Positions 46,868-64,000 of a DNA stretch of 64,000 nt are shown in pieces. The DNA is from the human T2T-CHM13v2.0 reference genome, Homo sapiens. Both the position numbers and the translations under genes were made by a program. Location of the stretch: the NCBI RefSeq assembly GCF_009914755.1, contig NC_060930.1; one strand, written 5' to 3'. The stretch's first letter is position 1. Each line of letters begins with the position of its first letter. Under the pieces are notes generated by a model. The model had not been told where the DNA came from and did no database searches. It saw nothing but the letters and a program-made list of their open reading frames with translations.

Positions 46868-49419
46868 TTTTTTTTTCTGTTTTTTGTTTTTTGTTTTTCC
46901 AGAGACAAGGTCTTACTCTGTCTCCCAGGCTGGAGTGCAGTGGCACAATGATAGCTTACTGCAACTTTGAACTCCTGGATTCAAGTCATCCTCCTGCCTC
47001 AGCCTCCTGAGTAGCCAGAACTACAGGGCTATGCCATCATTCCTGGCTAATGTTTAAAATTTTTGATTTTTGTAGAGGTGGAGTCTTGCTGTGTTGTTCA
47101 GGCTGGTCTTGAGCTCCTAGGATCAAGTGATCCTCCCACTTCGGCTTCTCAAAGTGCTTTTTTTAAAAATTAAATTTTTTTTGTGTGTGTTGATACATAG
47201 TAGGTGTGTATATTATGGGGTACATGAGATATTTTGATACAGGCGTACAGTGTGCCATAATCACATTGGGGTAAATGAAGTACCCAGCAACTCAAGGATT
47301 TATTCTTTCTTTGTACCACAACGATCCAAGTATACTATTTTAGTTATTTTTAAATGACAGTAAGTTACTATTGACTGTAGTCACCCTCTTGTGCTATCAA
47401 GTACTAGATTTTATTAATTCTAACTATATTTTTGTACCCATTAACCATCCCTACTCCCCACCCCACTACCTTCCCAGCCTCAGGTATCATTCTACTCCCT
47501 ATCTTCATGAGTTCAATTGTTTCAGTTTTTTTTTTAGCTCCCACAGATACGTGAGAACATGTGAAGTTTTCCTTTCTTTGTCTGATGTGTTTCATTTAAT
47601 GTAATGACCTCCAGTTCCATCCATGTTGTTGTAAATGACAGGATCTTTCTTTTTCATGGCTGAATAATACTCCACTGTATATATGCACCATGTTGTCTTT
47701 ATCCATTCTTCTGTTCATGGGCACTTGGGTTGCTTCCAGATCTTGGCTACTGAGTATAGTGCTGCAGTAAAAATGGGAGTGCAGTTATCTCTTCAATATA
47801 CTGATTCCTTTCTCTTGAGTTCCTAGCAGTGGGATTGCTGGATCATATGGTCATTATATTTTTAGTTTTTTAAGGAACCTGCAAACTGTTCTCCATAGTA
47901 GTTATATTAAATGGTTTTACAATTATAGTTTTAGAATATTCTGTGTACTTACTATTACCAGTGAGTTTTGTACCTTCAGATGATTTCTTCTTGTTCATTA
48001 AGCCCTTTTCTTTTGGATTGATGCCACCTGGGAGGCAGGGCCTGGAATCAAGAACCTTAGAAATCTATCTGCTGCTGTATTCTGAAGCTGAGCTGGCACC
48101 CAAGCCACAGATCAAGTTCTTCCCACTCTTTTCTCCTCTTTCCTCAAGCAAAGAGTCTCTCTGCATGGCCACCACCATCCCAAGCCCATGGCAAGTACAG
48201 CCTGGCTACTGCCGATGTTCACTCAAGGCCCAAGAGTTCTCCAGTCAGTTCGTGGTGGATGCTGCCAGTGCTGAATCTCCTGCTTTAGAACAGTGGGCTC
48301 CCCTTTGGCCCAGGGCACATCCAGAAATGCCATCCAAGAGTCAAGGCCGGGGATCAGGGACCCCAGGAGCCCGCTTGGTGCTCGTTAACCCACTCTGGCT
48401 GAGCTGGTACCCAGGCTGCCAGACAAAGTCCCCCTTACTCTTCCCTTTCCTTTCCTTATTCAGAGGCAGTCTCTCCCCATGGCCACCACAGCTGGGAATG
48501 TGCTGGGTCATACCTGAAGCCAGCATAGCTCTCAGTCTCACCTGTGACCCGTGGTGAGTATTGCCTGGCTACCACTGCTGACTGTTCAGGCCCCAGGGGC
48601 TCTTTAGTCAGCAGGTGATGAATTCTGCTGGGACTGGGTTCTTCCCCCCAAATCAGTGAGTTATCTTCTGCCTAGGATGTGTTTAGAAATGCCCAGGAGC
48701 TAGGGCCTGGAATGGGGGCCTCAGGACCTGCCCTGTTCTCTATTCTACTGGGACTGAATTGGTTGGTATCCAGGTTGCAAGACAAAGTCCCCTTTACCCT
48801 TCCCTCTTCGCCTCTCAAACGGAGGGAAGGAGTCTTTAATAGAGCTGTGAGTTGCACTCCTGGCCGCCCAGCTGGTGTTCTCACTAGGTCACATGCTCCC
48901 CAAACCCGGTGGCTCTGAGCCTATCATAGCACCAGGACTTGCCCAGAAAATGCAGTCCTTGTGGTCTAGACTGCTTTTCAAGTTTATTTAGGACCCCAGA
49001 ACAATTTAGCCTGCAGTGGGGCTTGCTGAGATGAACTATTTGCCTCTGGCTAGGGCTTCTGTAAATGCTCTGTTTGTGATCTCTCCCTCCCACAAGCCTG
49101 TAGATTCTCTCACCATACCACCATTGCTGCTGCCAAGGGGTGGGGAGAGAGAGGGTGGTGCTGAGAGTTGAAGACTGGTTTTGCTCCCCTCTCCAGTGCC
49201 TCTTTCTTTGATGTGATGTTAAAACCAGGGACTGGTTTTAACTGGTACATTGCTCACCTGATTTTTTGTTCTTATGAAGATGCTTTTTTTGGGTGGATAG
49301 TTGTTCAATTTGGTGTTCCTGAAGGGGAAGTGATTGCTGGAGCCTTCTATTAAGCCATCTTGCTCTGTCTCCTTACCCTAAAGTGTTTTGATTACAAGTG
49401 TGAGCCACCGTTCCTGGCT
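46868..49419 (-). mobile_element. AluJ(-) split by an L1 insertion: pieces 46868-47158 and ~49378-49419
   Basis: The Alu breaks at ...caaagtgct and resumes at ctaaagtgttttgattacaagtgtgagccaccg. Confidence 0.8.
47159..49375 (-). mobile_element. Internally deleted L1MA2/3-like element (3' end 47159-47910, ORF1-end piece ~47913-48020, 5' UTR ~48020-49375)
   Basis: L1MA 3' text (tacatagtaggtgtgtatattatggggtacatgagata); ORF1 end (gtgagttttgtaccttcagatg); L1M 5' terminus gccatcttg. Confidence 0.8.
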
Positions 49420-49444
49420 GAGCGTAGGATTTGAAGATATTTCA

Positions 49445-49745
49445 GGATGAGCACAGTGGCTCACGCCTGTAATCCCAGCACTTTGTATGGTTGAGGCAGG
49501 TTGATTGCTTGAGCCCAGGAGTTCGAGACCTGCCTGGGCAACACAGTGAGACCCTGTATATAAAAAAATAAAAATTACAAAAATTACCTGCATGCACCTG
49601 ATGGTCCCAGCTACTTGGGAGGCTGAAATAGGAGAATGTCTTGAACGTGGGAGGTCAAGGTTGCAGTGAGCCATGATTGCATCACTGTGCCACTGCACTA
49701 TGGCCTGGGTGATAGAAAGACCCAGTCTCAAAAAAAAAAAAAAAA
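49445..49745 (+). mobile_element. Alu (J-like)
   Basis: Dimer, TSD aagatatttca. Confidence 0.9.
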
Positions 49746-49799
49746 GATATTTCAATTCTTCTAAGTCTACACCTGCTTTTACTCTTCCAAAACTGTGTG

Positions 49800-50400
49800 A
49801 ACAATTCATTCATTTACCAGTGAATATTGAGTTGCTTACTGTGTGCTGGGCCTTAGGGACACAGAGAGGAGTAGTCCAAGTCCTGATGAAACAGAAATGA
49901 AATGATTAGATTTACCTTTTGGTAGGATTACCAGTGATATGTGTGAAGTGGCACGAGTAGAAGCAGGCAGCTGAGTTAATTACAGAAGTCCTGGTAAAAG
50001 ATGATGTTCATTTGAACTAAGACGGTAGAGGAGATGCAGAGAAGGAGTTGGATTTGTGATCCCTATTGGAGGTAAAGCTGACAACATTAAGGAAGTGATA
50101 TGAATTTGGAAGGAGCTCAAGGGATTGGGGATGATTTCGGGTTTGATTTGAAGGAGTGCTGTTAGTGCCTTCACTGATACTAAGGAAGAGCAAGCTGGAG
50201 TGGTAGACCATGGCAATAATAACATAATAATTATGTTACACCTATTAGATACATTCATGAAGAGGTGTCCAGTAGACAAGTAAACATCTGGGAACTCAGT
50301 GGAGGTTTCGGCTAGAGCAACAACTTTGAGCATCACTCATACATAAATGGTATTTAAAGCCATGGGACTAGATATGATTAGGGAAAGAGTATAGATGTAT
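49800..50400 (-). mobile_element. L2 fragments
   Basis: cattcatttac..tattgagt.gcttactgtgtgctgg; atggtatttaaagccatgggactaga. Confidence 0.7.
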
Positions 50401-50959
50401 GTGTGGTAATATAAGTCTGAAGTAGTGGTATTGATTCACTTCTATGAAGACTCTTCATCTAATTTGTCAACTTGGAATTGTACATAAACCTGATAGCGTT
50501 TGCTGGATAGGGAAAGCAACTCACTTTGTAGCCACTGCATAGACGACATCAACCAACAAGCAAGTTGCAAACATGCCAATAGTTAGCTGCTTTTGAATGA
50601 ACTGTATGCCAAACGTCCTTGACTTTCATGAAACTACACCTGAGAGCATCCACATGAGGATCCACATTTGAGAATGCCACACAAAAGGAGGATTATGGCA
50701 CATGAATCAGCTTTTCTTTTTAAATATAGATAAGTAGTGAAAAAATAAGTGCCTGTCAAGATGACATCTGGGATCATTTACCAGATGATCCATTGTTACA
50801 TTTTAGTCTCATAGCATCCAGGCTCATTAAAACAAAATATTTTGCATGTCACGGATTGTTTTGGCTACTCTTTAGAGACAGATATGAATGTTAAATCTCA
50901 GAATGCTAAGTATGAAAGAAACCATACAGGGGTAATGGAAAAATTAGGTTAGAATTCAC

Positions 50960-51485
50960 CTTAGGCAAAAACTGTAAACAATCCAAATATTCATCAACAG
51001 AGCAATAGGTGAACAACTGTGGTATAGTCATTCATTGGACTAGTACGCACTACAAGGTTAAATATGTTGAAAGCAAAAACAGTTTGTTGAATGAAAGAAG
51101 ACAGACATGAAAGAATACATACTGTATGATGTCACTTATATGAAGTTCAGGAATAGGCAGAAACTAACAGAACAGTAGGAATGCCCATGGGGAATGGTTA
51201 TTGACCAAAAGGAGTCATGAGACAACTGTTTTGTTTTAGAAACAGGGTCTTGTTCTGTCACCCAGAATGGATTGCAGTGATACAGTCATAGCTCACTGTA
51301 GCCTCAAGCAGTCCTCCTGCCTCGGCCTCTCAAAGTGTTGGCATTCTAGGCGTAAGCTACCACTCATGACCTTGATTGGAGTGTTTCATAAATGGCTATA
51401 TCCATTTGTCCATATTCGTCAACTTGTATACTTAGATTTGTACATTTCACTGTATGTCAGTTTTACCTCAGTGGAAAATAAGAAA
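50960..51485 (+). mobile_element. L1ME-like 3' end with a partial Alu(-) at ~51228-51370
   Basis: aaactgtaaacaatccaaat; aagaatacatactgtatgat; gtacatttcactgtatgt. Confidence 0.7.
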
Positions 51486-51542
51486 ACAACAAAAATGGCA
51501 TACTGAGTAGTTCCGTGAGGATGAGCTTCGGGAGCACATCAG

Positions 51543-51670
51543 TCCATTCTCAGAGAGTGAGGGAAAGTTTCCCAGAGATAATAATCTCTCTTTTTATCCT
51601 TTTACTTCCACAGTTGATTTATTTTTTTCAACTCTTAGCTACCTCCCCACAATAATATCTATTCCTATGA
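51543..51670 (+). repeat. Local direct duplication, copy B1 (pairs with 53222-53346)
   Basis: tccattctcagagagtgaggg ... tttttcaactcttagct ... shared and colinear. Confidence 0.93.
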
Positions 51671-51888
51671 CTATTTAATTTATTGTGCAAATGCAGAATA
51701 CTTTAGGGAGCAAAAAGGAGTGCTGGTATAAATTACACTCAACTGGTAAAAACTATCATTGTTTGCTTCTGTTCTAGTCAGAGGGTTGTACTCTACTGCA
51801 GTCATACCTGAAGGAAGGCAGTAGTAGAGCAGGTGTACCTGAGGGTGGAACAACCTCTGCTTGGCCTCATCTAAAAGTAGATAAAGGG

Positions 51889-52207
<319 letters not shown>

Positions 52208-52365
52208 TCAGCAAGAGGCAAGGGAGGAGGTGGGGATTTTATGTGGCATGGGCAGATGTGTTTGTTAGTTGGGACTTACATGTGAACTTTTGAAAAAGAT
52301 ACATTATTTGTTTTATATATATTTCAAAACTGATTCATGTTGCTGTATTTGTTCCTTTGAAACAG

Positions 52366-52550
<185 letters not shown>

Positions 52551-53221
52551 TGAAATATGATTTCTTTCAAAAATAGGTGTTTTTTTTCACAAGAGTAAGG
52601 TCTGTCTTCTTAATGAGGTAGATATTTGGGAAAGCATATTTCTGGTAAGTGAGTCTGTTTTCTCCTGACTTCTTTGATTAAATCAGAGGTATGTGCCCTA
52701 GGGAAAAAATGGTGCCCTATGATAAAATCAGATGGAAATTTAGTGAGCCTTTCATTCTTTGTTTTTTTCACATCCCTTTGATCATCCAGTTCTTAGCCTT
52801 TCATTCTTAAGAACTAGCTGTATGATAAAATCTAAACAATAATGACATTTTAATTTCTTGTGCCACATTACTAAAGTTATTAGTGTGTCTGTGATCGACA
52901 TGTCACAAAGTAAAAATATGAAAAGTGAATGTGGAGATATCAGATTTTGCTTTTTTGCCTTAGCTTCTATTATAAAGTCTTTTTTTAAAGTTTTTTGTTC
53001 ACTTAAAATTATTGCTATCATTTTTGTAATAGATGCTTTAATTCTGTACACATGGTATTTATTTCTTTGCATGCTTAGACATAAACTAGACAGCATTACA
53101 AAATGAAAGTCTGAGGGAAAAGTGACTAGGAGTTGTGACTCGTTTACAGAGAAGGCATCATTGTAAATACCTGTTTCAGTCTTCATGGAGACTGATACAG
53201 TCTGTTTTTGTGGAACTTCAC

Positions 53222-53346
53222 TCCATTCTCAGAGAGTGAGGGGAAGTTTTCCAGAGGAAATAATCTCTTTTTATTCTTTTGGTTCCACAATTGGTTTATT
53301 TTTCAACTCTTAGCTCTCTTAGCACAGTAATATCTTATTCCCATGA
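53222..53346 (+). repeat. Local direct duplication, copy B2
   Basis: See copy B1. Confidence 0.93.
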
Positions 53347-54636
53347 TAGATGTCCACAATTTTTAGTTTAATAAGTATGCCTGTTAAACAGTTCTTCTGA
53401 CTAAATTAAATTTTGTAGGTGTCATTTCTGTTTACTTTAGACTGAAAATGTTCATGAATAATTTATATTCTATGATACATGGCTAACTAATGCCATATGA
53501 CTACCATCCTTCTGGGAACCTTAGAAAAACAAGGTGGATCTCTCATGAGGTCTTTTCACAGAGAAAACTATTCTGTTACTGTAAACAACCCAGGGACTGA
53601 AATGCATAATGTATAATGTGCCATGTTAGAGGAGGCCAGTTAAAGATACCCTCAGGACAGGAAAGACAAAGTGTTTCTGGTTTTTCCTCTTATTAGCAGG
53701 TACCTATTTGTACTTAAAATTCAGTACATGTTTAAAAAAAAAAGCTCAGTTACTTTACATATTTGAAGGCTTTTGATTTTTGTTTAACATATTTTATAAG
53801 CACAGTAAATCAGAAGACCAAAATGAAATTGAGAGTGTATTTCCTAGGTGTTTATATATAGTTGTTATGTATATTTTGTTGTATTCACAGGTGACAAAAC
53901 AATTCAGTTCAATTATAGAAGAAACTTGATTTAAGTGGATATACTTTTTCATATTTTAAATATTTTAATATGCTTTACACTCTTATTCAGGTACATATGT
54001 AGAACCAATAAAAACTGTTTACATTAGGGAGTGATATAAATTTCATGGATCTGTAGATAATTCTGTGAACTAAAGTGTACGTTTTTTCCACAAAGTTTTT
54101 TTTGAGGATTAACAAGTTCTCAGAGATTACCTTTAATCTTAATTTTCCTCCCTACTTTCTGATCAGGTTCTTAATAAACATACTGCTGTAATAACCAGAC
54201 AGTTAAAAAGATCCTTAAGAGAAGCAATCTTTTGCTTAGCTCATTCATTGCCTAGAGATAATCAGCTTCAAAATAATTATTAAGGAATTAAGTACATAAA
54301 GGGGTGGACTGGTCATGCACACCTTTGTGCAGTGTGTGCGCAGTGGAAGTACAGTGGAAGTGTAGATGAGGGAGTGAGGAACATGTCTTGATAGCAATGG
54401 CTTTTCAAGGTTTTTGTTTGTGACCCATAGTAAAATAGATTTCACATTGCATTAGCTATGTGTATTTATGTGTGTGAATTTATAAGAAATAAATTTTACA
54501 TTTCAACAACTGTGTGTGTAGTGTTTGTGTGTGTTTACTTATAAATGAAACAGTTGATCAAAAGAAACATTCTTAGCACATGCTATGCATTTTGATAATT
54601 TCTAATAACTTTTATTCTTTTAAAAATGCTGTTTTA

Positions 54637-57284
<2,648 letters not shown>

Positions 57285-57646
57285 TGAAATTGCTGTATCT
57301 ACCACATTAACATTTTATTTAAAAAAATTTGTTAAATAGCATATGTATGTAAATTTAATATTAATATACCTCTTTTTTTGTCCTTCTTTAGGTGTTGGAG
57401 CCTAGGATACTTACTTACTGATTTTTATTGTTGATTTCATGTCCACAGTAATAGTAGATAATATTTTTGAGTAAAGTTATTGTTCTGTTTTGGGGTTAAT
57501 GACTTGTTAAATAGTATTATCTGTATTATATTTTAATAAAGAGCATATTGTTGCCACTATTACAGTGTATGCAACCAATTAAGCCCTTCTATTGTTCTTA
57601 CTATTTAAAAGCCTTGAGTTTAATGAGCATTTGTTTTGCTTGTTAG

Positions 57647-57736
<90 letters not shown>

Positions 57737-58309
57737 TAACTCTCCGCACAGAAAAGGAGACTGTTCTTTTAAAAAAATAAATTAGTGGTTATATAACTGA
57801 TACACTGTGCGGGTTCAGAAACAATCTAGTCTTTTGACATGAATATTCATGTGAATGAAGGAACTCGAGTCCTCCATGTTGTCTCACATTTGCATTTTGG
57901 TGAAAGAGTCTTGAGTGTTCTTTTGGTGTTATTTGAGTTGCATAAATGTGGGGAATGGTAATTACTGTAAGGCTTGAACTAAAAGTCTCTTGTTAACAGT
58001 TTTGAAAGTTATTGAACCTTATTTAGAGTCAGGTGGTTTTTATTGTAGTATATGTGGTTCAGTAATTTGGAAGTTGAGTCAGTAGGAGTCATTTAACATC
58101 ACCGTTTGAAGCAAACATGCATTTAAAAAAATTCTATATAATTACTAATTGAAAAATTAATTTCAGAACAATTATATTAAAACACAGCATTAATTTGACT
58201 TATAACATCTTTGCATGTTTGATGAAAAAAGCTCTTCTCGATGGAACAGGCCAATGTTTATTCTTACATTTTTAAGATTAAGCAGTAATCATTTCATATT
58301 GGGGGCAGC

Positions 58310-58460
58310 AGTGTTAACAATTATGTACACTTGTCATGGATTTCATTAAAGGTACTTGACACTAACAACTCTCCATTTAACAAAAAAAGGTAGTGTTAAC
58401 AATTATGTACAGTTGTCAAGGTACCTAATACTAAAAACTCTCCATTTGAGAAGAAAAGGT
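58310..58460 (+). repeat. Imperfect two-copy tandem duplication (~82 and ~69 bp)
   Basis: agtgttaacaattatgtaca..ttgtca..aaggtac..acta..aactctccattt occurs twice. Confidence 0.9.
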
Positions 58461-58544
58461 AAGAGAAAGGAATAGATGTGTTATTATTGATTTTCTCTGG
58501 AATTCACATTTGAGTAAGACTATAAAACCCCCATATGTAGAATG

Positions 58545-58780
58545 GTGGCAGCATAGACTAGTGGGAGTAATGGGGAGCCATGGACTGTAACTGTAGAGTT
58601 AGGCAAGCCTAAATTCTGATTCTATGTTGTTAGGAGGCTGTCTGCTCGTGGGCATTTCGTCTCTCTTCTGAAATTCTCATCTGTAGAATGGAAGTAATGT
58701 GTATGTTGTATGATTAGAGATGATATAAAGTGCTTTGCACAGCATCTAATGACTCTTAATAAATGGTAGCTGTTTTTATT
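58545..58780 (+). mobile_element. MIR
   Basis: ttctcatctgtagaatgg...gattagagatgat..taaagtgctttgcacag...aataaatggtagct. Confidence 0.75.
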
Positions 58781-59597
58781 AGGTGCAAGAGATTGAGGAA
58801 AAAAATGTAGAATTCCCTTCCTTTCCAAAATTGCTGGAGAGTTTGTCTGATTAAATAATACATTTTTGAATAGCAATCAGAATAAAATAATAAGGAATGA
58901 GACTGTACCATATCTAAAATACAAATTTTTGTGCTGTTAAAACTTGCTAGGGTGTGCAGAACTGGGAATCAATCCTTTTCATTTATTAATGTGTATGTCT
59001 CTAAATGTGACAAATGGTTTTGAATAGTTTTTAATCCATTTCTTAAATTAATATTTTAAAACATTCTCTCTCCATTTGCTTTGTCTTGCTATGCTTGTCT
59101 AACTTACAAATTTTTGCAACCTCAGTATTTGCTGCCTCTGGCAGGTGGTTTCCTTGGTGATGCCAGATGGCAGCAGTGTTAATGTGTGGGTGTTAACTAT
59201 TCTCATAAGATAGTAGCCCATCCCTACTGAAGACACTTTTCTGAAACCACATTATTAACACAACTTTGGTTGTTGAGTTTAGAATGTAGGGTTTCCAGCT
59301 GCAGTGGTTCTGTCACTTAGTACTTTCATCTGAGGCATGCCACCATACCACTGTCCTCTGCTGAATGACACACTGTAACACAAAGCTATAGTGGTAGCTT
59401 TGTGTTATACACTTGCACACACACACACATGCACACACACACAGGGTCTCACATGCATATTTCTAAAATTCTTTTCTTCTTTATATTATGGTAATGTGAA
59501 GATTAAATGATTGATGCCTGTAGAGAGTGTTCTGAAGTATGTGTTGAAGGTTCTACTGAAACAGAAGTAGTGCCTTAACAGTGCCTTAACAGTGTAG

Positions 59598-62825
<3,228 letters not shown>

Positions 62826-63343
62826 TTCTGACACTTCAGTAGAGCAGATGTCACACAAACAAGATTTATCTGTTCAAACTCTCCCATTAATTAGCTTCAT
62901 ATTCTCAGTTAAGACATACATAATTTCTCTAGGAGTCTTCATTATGTCAGTTGTGAAGGACTCCCTGAATGATTTGATGGTCTGTTCCCATTCTAAAATT
63001 TTATCTTTTGTGTTTTATCTGTGAAATTCTGAGTATCAGATTGGATTGGTGTCATCACTTTGTTGTGTCAGAAGTATATTAAAATCAGAGCTATCTATTG
63101 TAGTACTTTTTTCCCTCTTGAATTGTGCTTTTTAATCAACCTTCATTAATGAGTACTCACTAGGTTTACTCTTTTAGTTGAAAATTCATTACTTAAAAAT
63201 ATCACTGTAACACACATGTAAACTGAATCGCTTTTAAATCAGCTTCTAGGGTTTACATCAGCCAGGGTTTTAAAAAAGATGGAGTTAAATGTAACCTAAC
63301 AATTGATTTTTAGGATGAGTCAAAGTGATTCAGATTAAGATAG

Positions 63344-63499
<156 letters not shown>

Positions 63500-64000
63500 T
63501 AAGTTTTTGTGGAGATAATTATTTCATGTGGTACTCTTTGATTTTGTCACGCTTGAAATTGTCTAACAGAAAATCATGCTTGATCTGAGCCTCTTGAATA
63601 GAGTGTGAGGTTAGTGAGGACAAAGATTTTTTTCTAATTTACAACTCGAACTCTAGGAGTTAAAGCATGCCTGGTACACAGAAAGCACTTAATCAGTATT
63701 TGTGGGATGAAATAATGAATTCAGAGTGTCGTTTAATATCTTTTGGACTTAAAAATGTCCAGTTTGAGTATTTTTAAAAGCACTGTAATGGTTTTTGGTT
63801 TTGATTTTTGACTTCTGGTATGTCTGTAGATATGTTTGATTCACTTTCCACATTGTTTGGAAGACAATGTAAGGCAGCCTATAAGGAATGTATATTGAAA
63901 TTAAAAATTTGAATGAGGAAAAAAATGTAAATCAGAATAGGAGGTAGTATCTGAGGAAATACTAAGAACACAGGAATGCTGACCATAGAGCCTAAATAGT

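Noticed and set aside
47943-48557. Longest ORF in the track (204 aa), a possible ORF0-like antisense L1 product with a donor TG|GTGAGT at 48553
   Set aside because: It starts at GTG rather than ATG and lies antisense in a GC-rich L1M 5' UTR. Splicing to exon 2 gives TGG TGA immediately, and the exon 2 UTR has an in-frame stop, so no MYO6 fusion is possible.
52782-53186. 134-aa antisense ORF in intron 2
   Set aside because: AT-rich, no recognisable domain, and no splice or promoter support.

Overview
Primate (human-like) genomic DNA from the 5' part of MYO6 (myosin VI), on the + strand. The window holds the last ~52 kb of the large first intron and the first three coding exons. Exon 2 is 52366-52529 with the ATG at 52413, exon 3 is 57647-57716, and exon 4 is 63405-63478. 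Spliced together they give [87 protein letters not shown] (residues 1-87). The supplied ORF track misses these short exons, and nearly all of its ORFs are Alu, L1, LTR or microsatellite artefacts. The rest of the window is repeat-rich: about 55 Alu/FLAM pieces, old L1/HAL1/L2/MIR, a U6 pseudogene, a rearranged MST element and a nested cluster of six LTRs at 41.3-45.7 kb. I see no convincing new gene or new biological system. The best leads are local duplications of non-repeat DNA (one pair brackets the start-codon exon), inverted Alus placed to circularise exons 2-3, cryptic splice signals, and several unusual retroelement structures. Repeat subfamily names and boundaries were assigned by eye from remembered consensus sequences and are approximate. 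Exon numbering comes from prior knowledge of MYO6.
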